Assembly (NCBI GenBank): GCA_963718665.1
Contig: OY970359.1
Location: forward strand, 352,001-416,000
Source: an uncultured Phycisphaerales bacterium
GTDB taxonomy: Bacteria > Planctomycetota > Phycisphaerae > Sedimentisphaerales > Anaerobacaceae
Length of the DNA: 64,000 nt
Direction: 5' to 3'
This document shows, one piece after another, positions 40,224-49,301 of this stretch. The notes beneath the pieces were generated by a model that was not told where the DNA came from, made no database searches, and saw only the letters and a list, made by a program, of their open reading frames with translations. How positions within the stretch are numbered: position 1 is the first letter of the stretch; each line of letters starts with the position of its first letter. A program made the position numbers and the translations under genes.

Positions 40224-43200
40224 TTATGCGTTTTGGCCGTGGCATTTTTTGTATTTTTTGCCTGAGCCGCAGGGACAAGGGTCATTGCGACCGACCTTGG
40301 GGCCTTCAAGCTTAATCTGCTTGACCTTTATCTCGCCCTGAGGCGCCTGCGCGGCGGCACGCTGACGCTCGGCCATAGCAAATTGCCCGACTTGGTCGTG
40401 CGCGGTCTGGCTCACCTGCCAAACGCTTCTGGCTCTTACGCCGGCTTCGAGATGAACCTTGAAAACGATATCCGTCACCCGCTCATCGATATTGGACAGC
40501 ATCTCGCTGAACATTCGGTGCCCTTCCCGCTTGTATTCGGTCTTCGGGTCCTTCTCGGCCCATGAACGCATCCAGATACTGTCCTTGAGATGGTCCATAT
40601 TATAAAGATGGTCTTTCCAGGCGGTGTCATAAACCTGGAGCAGGACGTATCTTTCAAGCTCGCTTAATTCCCTTCGCAGAAACTCCTTGCCCGCATGAAG
40701 GATTATATCTTTTCGCGTTTCAATATCCGCGAGCCGTTCGGGCGTAAACGCCGTCCCGAAGCGGTTATTGGTCCATTCGGTAATCGCCTGCGTATCAGGC
40801 AGGTGAAGCGCATCATCGATTTCCTTTGTCAATTGACCATTGCTGTAGGACTCGCTCAATTCCAGAAGCTGCCTGTGCAGCGTCTGCGGCTGGATTTGCT
40901 GTATGCCCTCGGCGGTAAACTGGGCGTTATATTTTCTGTTCGCCCAGTTCGCCAGCGATTCAAATCCATATACATTTGCCCCCTGAGGTCCATACACCAT
41001 ATTCATCGCGAACTCGACTGGATATTCGATTTCACGTCTTTTATACCTTGCCCTGATTTGCTCCGCGATAAGTCCCTCAATCTGCTCCGGCTTTAACGCT
41101 TTCAGATCATCAACGCTCAGCTTTATATCGAACTTAGTGCGAATCCATTCCACAAGCCGGCGAATCGCGAAATCAGGTTTCAACGGCTCAGCAACAGGTG
41201 AACAGTCCTTTTTCTCAATCTGCTCATGTGCCGCGGCAATCAATTGCTCTTCGAGCTGCTCAGGCGTCATCTGCTTGACCTTGTTTATGCTCAAGCTGAC
41301 GCTGAATGCGCTCATCGCCCATTTGCACAGACCCGGAATGTCCCACGTTGACTGGTCTTCGTAATCCTCGAAGTATTCGCCAATCGACAGCGATATATCG
41401 TTGCCCGCGCTTTCCTTGGCCTTGTCCTTGATGATTCGCTCAATCTCTTCGGCCGACAATTCCTCTATTTCAGATGGTTTCAATTCAACGCTGAACTGGC
41501 TCGATGCCCATTCACAGATGCACTTAACGGGATACGCCCTCTCCAGCATTACCTGACAGGTCTTGGCGGTAGTGCCACCTATCATTTCATCGATAATTTC
41601 TTTAAGACCCTCGCCTCCCAGGATTTTTCGCCTGCGGGAATAAAATATCTTGCGCTGATAATCCATCACCTCGTCGTAATCGAGCAAACTTTTTCGCGTC
41701 TCGAAGTTTCGCTCCTCGACCTTTTTCTGCGCCTTGGCGATGCCCTTGCTGATTCTTTTGTGATAAATCGGCTGCCCTTCTTCCCAGCCAATCCACGACA
41801 ACGCCTTTACCGTCCATTCCGGCGCAAACGTCCGCATCAATTCATCGTCGAAGCTGAGGAAGAACTGGCTCGATCCTTTGTCACCCTGTCTGCCGCAGCG
41901 TCCGCGAAGCTGGTTGTCGATACGCCTTGCCTCGTGGCGTTCGGTACCGAGAACGTGAAGCCCGCCTATATCAGCGACGCCCTCTCCGAGCTTGATATCC
42001 GTTCCCCGGCCTGCCATATTAGTCGCAATCGTAACGTTGCCGTGCATTTTCCCGTCACGACCCTGATGTTGAAAGCCCGCCTTCGCGACGATTTGCGCCT
42101 TGCGCTCATGCTGTTTGGCGTTAAGCACCTCGTGCTCAAGGCCGAATCTCCTGTTAAGCGCCTCCGATAACATTTCATTTTTCTCAACGCTCACCGTTCC
42201 AACCAGCACGGGTCTTCCCGAAATGCTGATATTGTTCAACTCCTCCAATATCGCGGTGAACTTTTCGGGCATCGACTTATAAATCACGTCTTCCATATCG
42301 TCCCTGATGCAGGGCTGATTGGTCGGCATAACAACGACTTCCAACCTGTAAATTTTCATAAACTCTTCGGCTTCCGTCATCGCGGTCCCCGTCATACCCG
42401 CAATCTGGCCATAGAGTTTGAAGAAATTCTGCAGCGTAATCGTGGCAAGCGTCTGGCTCTCCTCCTTGACCTGCACGGCCTCTTTCGCCTCGACCGCCTG
42501 GTGCAGACCGTCCGACCACTGCCTGCCGTGCATCAGTCGCCCCGTGAACTCATCGACGATGACGACCTTGCCTTCCATTACGACATAATCTTTTTCCTTT
42601 TCGAAAACTACATGCGCACGCAGCGACTGCTCAAGCATGTGAGGCCATTCCATATTCGAGCCGGTGAAAAACGACCCGACTCCCGCCGCCTCCTGTGCCG
42701 CGCTGATTCCCTCGTGCGTCAAATGCACTGCCTTTCGGTCTTGCTCAACCTCGTAATACTGGGTTGCGCCGCCGGTTTTGCTCTGCGCCTCTTCAAGCTC
42801 CTTTTCGAGCCGTTCTATCGTGGCCTGCGTCTTTTCGATACGACTTTTATCTTTGGACTTTTTGGCCTCGCTCAATTCGCCATAAGCATTGGCAAGGGTC
42901 TTTTCCGACGTATCAATCTGCTTTTTGACCCGGTCGTAACCACTCTGCAGCCCGATGAGTTTTCTCGCTACGTCGTCAGCCCTTTTGTATCTGCTCACGT
43001 CATCGAACGCGGGTCCCGATATAATCAAAGGTGTTCTCGCCTCATCAATCAGAATCGAGTCAACCTCGTCGATGATTCCGTACTGCAAATCTCCCTGCAC
43101 CATGTGCTCAATCGACAGCTTCATATTATCGCGCAGATAATCGAAGCCGAATTCGTTGTTGGTGCCGTAGGTAATGTCGCTTTCGTATTGGTTTTTTCTC

Positions 43201-43709
43201 TCCTCGCCTGCGGTATCCATATCCGCCTGTATCGCGCCGACGGATAATCCAAGCGCGTTATAAATAGGCCCCATCCATTCGGCGTCGCGCTTCGCGAGGT
43301 AATCATTTACGGTAACGACGTGAACGTGCCTGCCCGTCAGGTGCACAAGATACGCGGCTAACGTCGCGACCAATGTTTTACCTTCGCCGGTCGCCATTTC
43401 CGCGATTTTGCCTTCGTAGAGGACATTGCCGCCGACCAACTGCACATCGAAATGCCTCATATTGACTGTGCGTCTGGCCGCCTCACGAACAACGGCGAAC
43501 GCCTCGGGCAGCATATCTTCCGCCCTGCCGCCATTTTTGAGCTTATCCTTGAATTCGGCTGTCTTTGCCTTCAACTGCTCATCGGTCAACTGCTTAACCT
43601 GCTCTTCAAAGACGCCTGCCTCGCGGGCGACGGTCATATACGTCTTAACCAATCGCTCGCTGCGTGAGCCGAATAGCTTTACAATCCTTTTGCCGAAATT
43701 CTTTAACAT
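40224..43709 (-). CDS. secA: Protein translocase ATPase SecA, long form
   Basis: [70 protein letters not shown]. Confidence 0.98.
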   Translation of the reverse strand: MLKNFGKRIVKLFGSRSERLVKTYMTVAREAGVFEEQVKQLTDEQLKAKTAEFKDKLKNGGRAEDMLPEAFAVVREAARRTVNMRHFDVQLVGGNVLYEGKIAEMATGEGKTLVATLAAYLVHLTGRHVHVVTVNDYLAKRDAEWMGPIYNALGLSVGAIQADMDTAGEERKNQYESDITYGTNNEFGFDYLRDNMKLSIEHMVQGDLQYGIIDEVDSILIDEARTPLIISGPAFDDVSRYKRADDVARKLIGLQSGYDRVKKQIDTSEKTLANAYGELSEAKKSKDKSRIEKTQATIERLEKELEEAQSKTGGATQYYEVEQDRKAVHLTHEGISAAQEAAGVGSFFTGSNMEWPHMLEQSLRAHVVFEKEKDYVVMEGKVVIVDEFTGRLMHGRQWSDGLHQAVEAKEAVQVKEESQTLATITLQNFFKLYGQIAGMTGTAMTEAEEFMKIYRLEVVVMPTNQPCIRDDMEDVIYKSMPEKFTAILEELNNISISGRPVLVGTVSVEKNEMLSEALNRRFGLEHEVLNAKQHERKAQIVAKAGFQHQGRDGKMHGNVTIATNMAGRGTDIKLGEGVADIGGLHVLGTERHEARRIDNQLRGRCGRQGDKGSSQFFLSFDDELMRTFAPEWTVKALSWIGWEEGQPIYHKRISKGIAKAQKKVEERNFETRKSLLDYDEVMDYQRKIFYSRRRKILGGEGLKEIIDEMIGGTTAKTCQVMLERAYPVKCICEWASSQFSVELKPSEIEELSAEEIERIIKDKAKESAGNDISLSIGEYFEDYEDQSTWDIPGLCKWAMSAFSVSLSINKVKQMTPEQLEEQLIAAAHEQIEKKDCSPVAEPLKPDFAIRRLVEWIRTKFDIKLSVDDLKALKPEQIEGLIAEQIRARYKRREIEYPVEFAMNMVYGPQGANVYGFESLANWANRKYNAQFTAEGIQQIQPQTLHRQLLELSESYSNGQLTKEIDDALHLPDTQAITEWTNNRFGTAFTPERLADIETRKDIILHAGKEFLRRELSELERYVLLQVYDTAWKDHLYNMDHLKDSIWMRSWAEKDPKTEYKREGHRMFSEMLSNIDERVTDIVFKVHLEAGVRARSVWQVSQTAHDQVGQFAMAERQRAAAQAPQGEIKVKQIKLEGPKVGRNDPCPCGSGKKYKKCHGQNA

Positions 43710-44080
43710 CAGCGTTCAGCGGGTAGCGTACAGCGTTCAGGATTAAACATCCTATACAGCATCGCGCCCACTTCATCCATCAACGATTCTATATTTGCGT
43801 TTTTATCAGTATACCCCAAATCCACGGATAAAAGAAGCTGCGTTTGCAATTCAAGCAACGAGCCATAAGCGTGGCGTAAAAACTGATTATATTCGGGCTT
43901 ATGTTTCCTCCCATATCCTTCTGCTATATTAGACGGGATAGAAACAGCCGCCCTTCTCATTTCCTGAACCAGACCGTATTGCTCATTGTTCGGAAATGCT
44001 TTTGTTATTTTATAAATTTCCAGGACCAGCCGGTATCCTTTTTGCCAGACAATCAGGTCCTTAAAAGTTTTTGTTTTCAT
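43709..44080 (-). CDS. Four helix bundle protein (23S rRNA IVP / S23 / Avd-like family)
   Basis: [50 protein letters not shown] overlaps the secA ATG. Confidence 0.95.
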   Translation of the reverse strand: MKTKTFKDLIVWQKGYRLVLEIYKITKAFPNNEQYGLVQEMRRAAVSIPSNIAEGYGRKHKPEYNQFLRHAYGSLLELQTQLLLSVDLGYTDKNANIESLMDEVGAMLYRMFNPERCTLPAER

Positions 44081-44093
44081 ACTTTCCATAGTT

Positions 44094-44232
44094 CTGTCCG
44101 CTGTTTACTCTTCTCTGTCCCTGTCCGCTGAACGCTGTACGCTGTTCTTTGTTTACTGTTTTTCCTGCACGCCGTCCGCTGTACGTTGTTTACTATCTTT
44201 TCTGTACGCTGAACGCTGACCGCTGTACGCTG
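44094..44232 (+). repeat. Heptamer tandem array (CTGWMCG), about 19 degenerate units
   Basis: ctgtccg ctgaacg ctgtacg ... ctgtacg ctgaacg ctgaccg ctgtacg ctg. Confidence 0.9.
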
Positions 44233-44239
44233 ATTCGGC

Positions 44240-44268
44240 AGTATCTTAAACTCCGGTTGTATTGTCAA
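44240..44268 (-). promoter_or_regulatory. sigma70-type promoter for the four-helix gene and secA
   Basis: Minus strand TTGACA-N17-GATACT. Confidence 0.65.
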
Positions 44269-44323
44269 GGATGGGGAAAGGTGTCGAGCGATTTTTCGAG
44301 GGGAACCTGTAGAAATGCTTTTT

Positions 44324-44407
44324 TCAAACCTTTAATTTTTCTAACATCACCGCGCCGAGGCCGAGAAGTAATAGCGTGGCGGGTTCAGGGCAAGATAGGG
44401 AACTCAT
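44324..44407 (-). pseudogene. Orphan PEP-CTERM sorting tail (mini-ORF)
   Basis: MSSLSCPEPATLLLLGLGAVMLEKLKV*. Confidence 0.7.
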
Positions 44408-44536
44408 CTCCTTTCAAATGCGATGGATTTTTAGAGCACGACAAAAAAGCGTATTCTTTTGACGGAACATTATCCAGGATGTAAAATAAAACAGAGAAGC
44501 AAAATAATAGAAACTTAAATCTTAAGGAGACGAACG

Positions 44537-44626
44537 ATGCTATTGATGAGCACTTTAAACTTGATACTTATAGGTGTGGGGGTCGTAGTGTTGGTTTTGG
44601 CTATTATCCTGAAAGTGAAAAGTTAA
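44537..44626 (+). CDS. 29-aa single-TM peptide
   Basis: AAGGAG RBS; MLLMSTLNLILIGVGVVVLVLAIILKVKS*. Confidence 0.55.
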   Translation: MLLMSTLNLILIGVGVVVLVLAIILKVKS

Positions 44627-44674
44627 GGTCGAGGAAAGAATCCACCATTTGACAAGCCGGAAAAAAGGCGAGAT

Positions 44675-44740
44675 TTACCGCCTTTTGGCTGCTATCACAG
44701 CACCGAGGCCGAGAAGCAAAAGCGTGACGGGATTGGGGCA
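44675..44740 (-). pseudogene. Second orphan PEP-CTERM-like tail
   Basis: CPNPVTLLLLGLGAVIAAKRR*; no in-frame start codon. Confidence 0.65.
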
Positions 44741-44749
44741 AGTATTGCT

Positions 44750-44815
44750 GTCTGGTGTCTTGGGTCTGTGGTCTTGGGTCTCAACTGAACGCTGTCCGCT
44801 GCACGCTGAACGCTA
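44750..44815 (+). repeat. Two adjacent heptamer arrays (TGGGTCT and CTGAACG types)
   Basis: gtctggtgtcttgggtctgtggtcttgggtct then ctgaacgctgtccgctgcacgctgaacgcta. Confidence 0.8.
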
Positions 44816-44816
44816 T

Positions 44817-45083
44817 TTAACGTTTATTCTCAAGCAATTCACACATTTTTTTCCTGGCATAATAACGATTAAGCCCCTGGCTGCGGCTCTTTTGAATTTT
44901 TACTGATAGGCCGCTGGTGATATGTTTTAGATAAACGCAGGTAGAGCTTTTATTTACTTTCTGGCCGCCTGAACCGCTGCTTCTAACGAACTTTTCTTCT
45001 ATATCTTTTTCGAACAAATTGCATTTCCGCATACGCTGCGCAAGCTCTTGCTTTTTCCGTTCTGTAATTCCAAAGTTAATCAT
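44817..45083 (-). CDS. Peptidyl-tRNA hydrolase / release-factor-like GGQ protein, possibly truncated
   Basis: EKFVRSSGSGGQKVNKSSTCVYLKH..RSQGLNR. Confidence 0.85.
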   Translation of the reverse strand: MINFGITERKKQELAQRMRKCNLFEKDIEEKFVRSSGSGGQKVNKSSTCVYLKHITSGLSVKIQKSRSQGLNRYYARKKMCELLENKR

Positions 45084-45270
45084 AGGTTGTCAGTTGTTTT
45101 CTGTTTTTTCTGTACGCCGAATACTATCGTAAACTATGGTTGTGTTGTCAAGGACAGGGAAAAGAGGGTATGCTAAAATGGGTAATTGAGCCGTTTTCCC
45201 GATAAACCATCCCTTCTTTTCAGCCGATATAATCTCATAGCGAGATATGGATTTCAAAAGGAGAACTGCC

Positions 45271-45711
45271 ATGCGTTTCAGATTAGCAACAACGGAGGAC
45301 CTGAAAATAATTAAATCGTGGTTGAAAGAGGAATTTGACCGTTCTGGGACAGGAAATGGCTTTTACAACAATACAAACCTGATAGAGGAGGGGCAGAAAA
45401 GAGGCGAACTTACTGTAGCAATAGACAACAAGGATAATTTACCTGTGGCCTTTTATCTCGGAAACGGATGCTCTGCTGAAATTCTTGAAGTTAGACCAGA
45501 TTATCGCGGAAAAGGTATAGGGCGTTTATTCGTGGAACACATTATTAAATGTGCGAAAAACAAGGGCTATCCTGCTATATCTGGTTTTTGTTGTCCCGAA
45601 GAATCGCTTCCTTTTTGGTTAAAGATGGGCTTTAAACGAACGGGCAATTGGGTGAAATTCAATGTATCGACGAAATCGGACGAGAATACGACATGCTGTG
45701 GTTACGGGTGA
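45271..45711 (+). CDS. GNAT family N-acetyltransferase
   Basis: EVRPDYRGKGIGR motif A, FWLKMGF; AGGAG RBS. Confidence 0.88.
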   Translation: MRFRLATTEDLKIIKSWLKEEFDRSGTGNGFYNNTNLIEEGQKRGELTVAIDNKDNLPVAFYLGNGCSAEILEVRPDYRGKGIGRLFVEHIIKCAKNKGYPAISGFCCPEESLPFWLKMGFKRTGNWVKFNVSTKSDENTTCCGYG

Positions 45712-45795
45712 ATAAAATTATTAGATGACATTTCTGTTACACCCCCACCTCTAACAGAGAAGCATGTTGGTAAACCGGCCTTAAAGGAGTGAGCA

Positions 45796-45981
45796 ATGAA
45801 AACTATCTTACACAAGTCCAAATCCTATGCCGTAGAGGCATTGCGTTTAGCCGGTAAACAGATGCTCTGCGATATTATCAAGTGGACCGTAATCATTATC
45901 ATAGCCGCTATTGTGTTTCTAATCGTGTATCACATTCTTTACGGCCCAGACCCCTCCATTGCGGCGTCCAGGTCAAGATAG
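45796..45981 (+). CDS. Small hypothetical membrane protein
   Basis: AAGGAG RBS; one TM segment. Confidence 0.55.
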   Translation: MKTILHKSKSYAVEALRLAGKQMLCDIIKWTVIIIIAAIVFLIVYHILYGPDPSIAASRSR

Positions 45982-46027
45982 GAGCCAGATGGTAAGTGAG
46001 CCAGCGTCAGCTAACTGGCCTTAAAAA

Positions 46028-46519
46028 ATGGTTAATCGTAAATACAAGCCCGGACTTCCCCGCAAGGGATGGCATAGGGTCGATGAATGGGACTTACGTG
46101 AAGATGGTTCATCACCAGATGAAACTAATTATGCCACCTGCGAAGCGTGCAACCATTACCCTGTCCGGTATGTTCACGTTTTACAACACGATAAATACCC
46201 AGACAAGATTAAAGTTGGCCGTGATTGTGCGGGAAACCTAACTGAGGATTATAAAAAACTACAGGTCAGACAAACTAACAGAGAGGCCGAAAAATTAAAG
46301 CGTTTATTGCGACGGTGGAAGACATCTCGTTTGAAAGTCGAACGTTTCCTCTTAACTGTGTTCCCAGATAAAAATAAGCAGGGCTTTTGGAAGTGGGGCT
46401 TTGTCAATCGCTATACGGGTTATACCAGAATCAGTAATCGCTCTTATCCAACGATTGATGAGACCAAACTTGAGTGCTTGAATGAATTATTTGCTAAATG
46501 GTTATCTAACATTGTTTAA
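46028..46519 (+). CDS. Hypothetical protein with a putative Zn site (CxxC..H..C)
   Basis: TCEACNHYPVRYVHVLQH..VGRDCA. Confidence 0.7.
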   Translation: MVNRKYKPGLPRKGWHRVDEWDLREDGSSPDETNYATCEACNHYPVRYVHVLQHDKYPDKIKVGRDCAGNLTEDYKKLQVRQTNREAEKLKRLLRRWKTSRLKVERFLLTVFPDKNKQGFWKWGFVNRYTGYTRISNRSYPTIDETKLECLNELFAKWLSNIV

Positions 46520-46548
46520 CACAAAGAAAAAGGTGCCAGATAAGAATT

Positions 46549-46604
46549 GATGGGCTAAAGCCCATCCTACGAACTGTCCGCTACCCGCTGAACGCTGTCC
46601 GCTG
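46549..46604. repeat. GTAG-type REP plus CTGWMCG heptamer array downstream of rnr
   Basis: Minus strand gtaggatgggctttagcccatc; plus strand ctgtccg ctacccg ctgaacg ctgtccg ctg. Confidence 0.8.
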
Positions 46605-46614
46605 AAAACTATTT

Positions 46615-48864
46615 TTATCTTCTTCTTTTGGCTTTTTTGTGTTTTCGGCGGACGGCGAATCTTCCGCCGCCGTGTTTGGCGCGTTTGCCCTTTTCTTTGG
46701 GCCTGAGCTGTGGACGGGAAGGATGAAGGCCGCCTTCGAGGATAGCTAAAACAGGCGTGACGTTTAACTGCCTTGCGGCGACATTTACGGAAACGATGCG
46801 GACTTTCATCGGCTGTCCCAGGCAAACAATCCGCCCTGAATGTCTGCCTACGATGGAGCCATGTTTGGGGTTGTATTGCCACTGGTCAGGGCCTAAATCC
46901 GCAAGCTGCACGAGGCCCTCGATACCGAGTTTACGCGACTGGACAAATATGCCGAAATTCGTCAGGCCCGTAACAACACAATCCATCTCCTCGCCCACCT
47001 TATCTGCCAGCATTTGCAGAATCAAAACCGCCTTCAATTCGCGCTCTGCGTCGTCGGCTCGCTCCTCGGTAAACGTGATGTGCCTGCCGATATCCGCCAA
47101 CTGCTGATTATCAGGCATCCAGTCAGAGCCCGCTTCGAGGTCGCCTCGCAAATAACAATCCAAGGCACGATGAACGAGCAGGTCGGCGTATCGCCTAATC
47201 GGGCTTGTGAAATGCCCATATAATTCCGAGGCGAGCGCGTAATGACCTATATGCAGAGGTGAATACTGCGCCTTTTCCATACTTCGCAAAACGACGAGGT
47301 TTATCGCAAGAGAGCTGTCGGTGCCTTTGACGGAATTAAGAAGCTGCTGCAGCGAGGCCCGGTCTGGCAAACGGGGCAAGCTCAATCCCAATGACCGGAC
47401 AAGCTCGGCAAGATTTCGCATAGTAAAGGCATCCGGCTCAGGGTGAACCCGCCTCATAACCGGGATATTATTGCGGTCCAGAACCGTCGCCACGGCCTCG
47501 TTGGCCTCGACCATAAACATCTCGATTATCGTATGCGGATAACTATTATCCGCCGGCTGGCCATCGATAACCCTGCCCGCTTCATCGAAAACAAGCTCCG
47601 TCTCAGGCAAATCGAGGTGCAGCATACCCTCTCTATCGCGGCGTTTCTCGATTATCCGCGCAAGCGTATTCATATCATTTAATAAAGGCATCACTTCGGG
47701 TTTTATATCTTTGGTGTGCCCTTTTAGGAAGCGGTCAACCTGCTGATAAGTCAATCGCTGGGTCGAACGGATAATACTGTTGCGATAATTGCGATTTACG
47801 ACGTTACCGTCATTGTCGTAAGCAATATATGCGCTTTTGACTAATCGCAATTGGTCGGGCTGCAAACTGCAAACGCCGTTGCTCAGCATCTCAGGCAGCA
47901 TCGGGATGACCCTGCCCGGAAGATATATGCTGTTGCCCCGCTCCTTGGCTTCCTTATCCAAAGGCGTTCCGGGCGGCACAAAAAACGTAACATCGGCGAT
48001 GTGAACACCCAATAGCCAGTTGCCTTTCGCGTCGCGTCCCAAACTAATCGCGTCGTCAAAATCCTTCGCGTCGAGCGGGTCAATCGTAACTATGATTTTG
48101 TTGGTTATATCGTCCCTGTCGCGTATATTTTCCGGCTTATATTCGGTCGCGGCCTTATGCGCCTGAAAAATACAGGAGTCGTTGAATTCGCCCGGAAGCT
48201 GGAACTGGTGAGCAATCGAGGCGATTTCGCTTTCGTATCTGCCCGCTTTGCCCAGCACCTCGACAATCACCCCGCGAGCGAGACGTCTTTCTGTGGGATA
48301 AGATAATATCTCGATGACCACCTTGTCCTTTTCTCTGGCGTTTTTTGCAGTAACGTCATCGACGGTTATGGGGTCAGTCGCTCCCGAACCATCCGGCTGT
48401 ACAAGCCAGCCCTCGGGCTTTCGCATCAGCGTGCCTACAAAGCGGTTGCGTCCCCGCTGAACAATCTCGATGATTCTGCCGCTGTAACGGATTTGCTCTC
48501 CCCTGGTAGATTTCTCGACGACCTTGGCGGCAACGACATCGCCCGTCATCGCCTCCATCGTATCTCCAGGCGGGATAAATAAATCGACGTGGGCCGCCGA
48601 TTCCAATGGCGTAACAAAGCCGAAGCCCCTTGGATTGGCGCGGAAGGTCCCGATGATTCGTCCCGCAAGGCCGGCAAGCCCGACTACGCTGCCGTCGCCC
48701 AGGACGACGTGGCCCGCGTGATGAAGCTCATCGAACGCTCGCTTGAACTCGGGATAATCAGCATGGTCGATACCCAACGCCCCGGCCAGCTCGCTGACCT
48801 TGACCGGCTTGTAGTCGGCGTGCTTCAGTAACTTGATGATTTTCTTCTTATATACTTCTCGCAT
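46615..48864 (-). CDS. rnr: Ribonuclease R
   Basis: GFGFV cold-shock domain, TIDPLDAKDFDDA, HFTSPIRRYADLLVHR, S1 domain, basic tail. Confidence 0.96.
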   Translation of the reverse strand: MREVYKKKIIKLLKHADYKPVKVSELAGALGIDHADYPEFKRAFDELHHAGHVVLGDGSVVGLAGLAGRIIGTFRANPRGFGFVTPLESAAHVDLFIPPGDTMEAMTGDVVAAKVVEKSTRGEQIRYSGRIIEIVQRGRNRFVGTLMRKPEGWLVQPDGSGATDPITVDDVTAKNAREKDKVVIEILSYPTERRLARGVIVEVLGKAGRYESEIASIAHQFQLPGEFNDSCIFQAHKAATEYKPENIRDRDDITNKIIVTIDPLDAKDFDDAISLGRDAKGNWLLGVHIADVTFFVPPGTPLDKEAKERGNSIYLPGRVIPMLPEMLSNGVCSLQPDQLRLVKSAYIAYDNDGNVVNRNYRNSIIRSTQRLTYQQVDRFLKGHTKDIKPEVMPLLNDMNTLARIIEKRRDREGMLHLDLPETELVFDEAGRVIDGQPADNSYPHTIIEMFMVEANEAVATVLDRNNIPVMRRVHPEPDAFTMRNLAELVRSLGLSLPRLPDRASLQQLLNSVKGTDSSLAINLVVLRSMEKAQYSPLHIGHYALASELYGHFTSPIRRYADLLVHRALDCYLRGDLEAGSDWMPDNQQLADIGRHITFTEERADDAERELKAVLILQMLADKVGEEMDCVVTGLTNFGIFVQSRKLGIEGLVQLADLGPDQWQYNPKHGSIVGRHSGRIVCLGQPMKVRIVSVNVAARQLNVTPVLAILEGGLHPSRPQLRPKEKGKRAKHGGGRFAVRRKHKKAKRRR

Positions 48865-48867
48865 TTT

Positions 48868-48962
48868 AACCACTAATGGCTTGGCCATCCCTATCGGGAG
48901 ACACAAAGGCACTATTTTCTAATTTTACTTTGTGTCTTGGTGCCTTCGTGACTTTGTGGTTA
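48868..48962. repeat. 9-mer periodic hairpin with nested REP-like insert filling the rpsT-rnr gap
   Basis: aaccactaa[tggcttggccatccctatcggga]gacacaaaggcacta / ctttgtgtcttggtgccttcgtgactttgtggtta. Confidence 0.8.
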
Positions 48963-49238
48963 GGCCGGCGCTTTTGCTTTCAGCGCGTTAAGCTTTTTGG
49001 CAAGACGTGATTTTTTGCGAGCGGCTGTCTTTTTATGCATAGTGCTGGTCGATGCGACCTTATCCAGCCGTTTGGCCGTCAGACGGAACTGCTCCGCTGC
49101 CGCCTTGATGTCGCCACTGGCAATCGCGTCCTCAAAACGCTTAATCTGCGTCTTGACGCTGCTCTTTCTTGCGCGATTAATTGCCCTTCTTTTTTCGTTC
49201 TGCCTTACTCTCTTTTTTGCCGACAACGAATGAGCCAC
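48960..49238 (-). CDS. rpsT: 30S ribosomal protein S20
   Basis: SAKKRVRQNEKRR, HKKTAARKKSRL; GTG start. Confidence 0.97.
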   Translation of the reverse strand: MAHSLSAKKRVRQNEKRRAINRARKSSVKTQIKRFEDAIASGDIKAAAEQFRLTAKRLDKVASTSTMHKKTAARKKSRLAKKLNALKAKAPA

Positions 49239-49301
49239 TTCTGTCTCCTAAAAAACACTTCTGTTAACAATTTTCCTGCACACAGTTATTTTCAATACCT
49301 G

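Larger units (their letters stand above)
43708..44234. mobile_element. Putative intervening element with 33-bp heptamer-built inverted ends enclosing a four-helix-bundle ORF
   Basis: 43708-43740 and 44202-44234 are reverse complements at 28/33 positions; no transposase. Confidence 0.65.

Noticed and set aside
42095..42115. SecA HERKA instead of the usual HEREA
   Set aside because: A single-base change that cannot be distinguished from sequencing error
43709..44080. Diversity-generating retroelement (Avd homolog)
   Set aside because: No reverse transcriptase and no TR/VR pair with adenine-specific mismatches seen
44094..44232. CRISPR array
   Set aside because: Units are 7-nt tandem repeats with no unique spacers, and no cas genes are in the window
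44339..46520. Integron cassette array (CTAAC motifs, small AT-rich ORFs)
   Set aside because: No convincing paired attC R''/R' boxes and no IntI; the repeat pair is explained by PEP-CTERM coding
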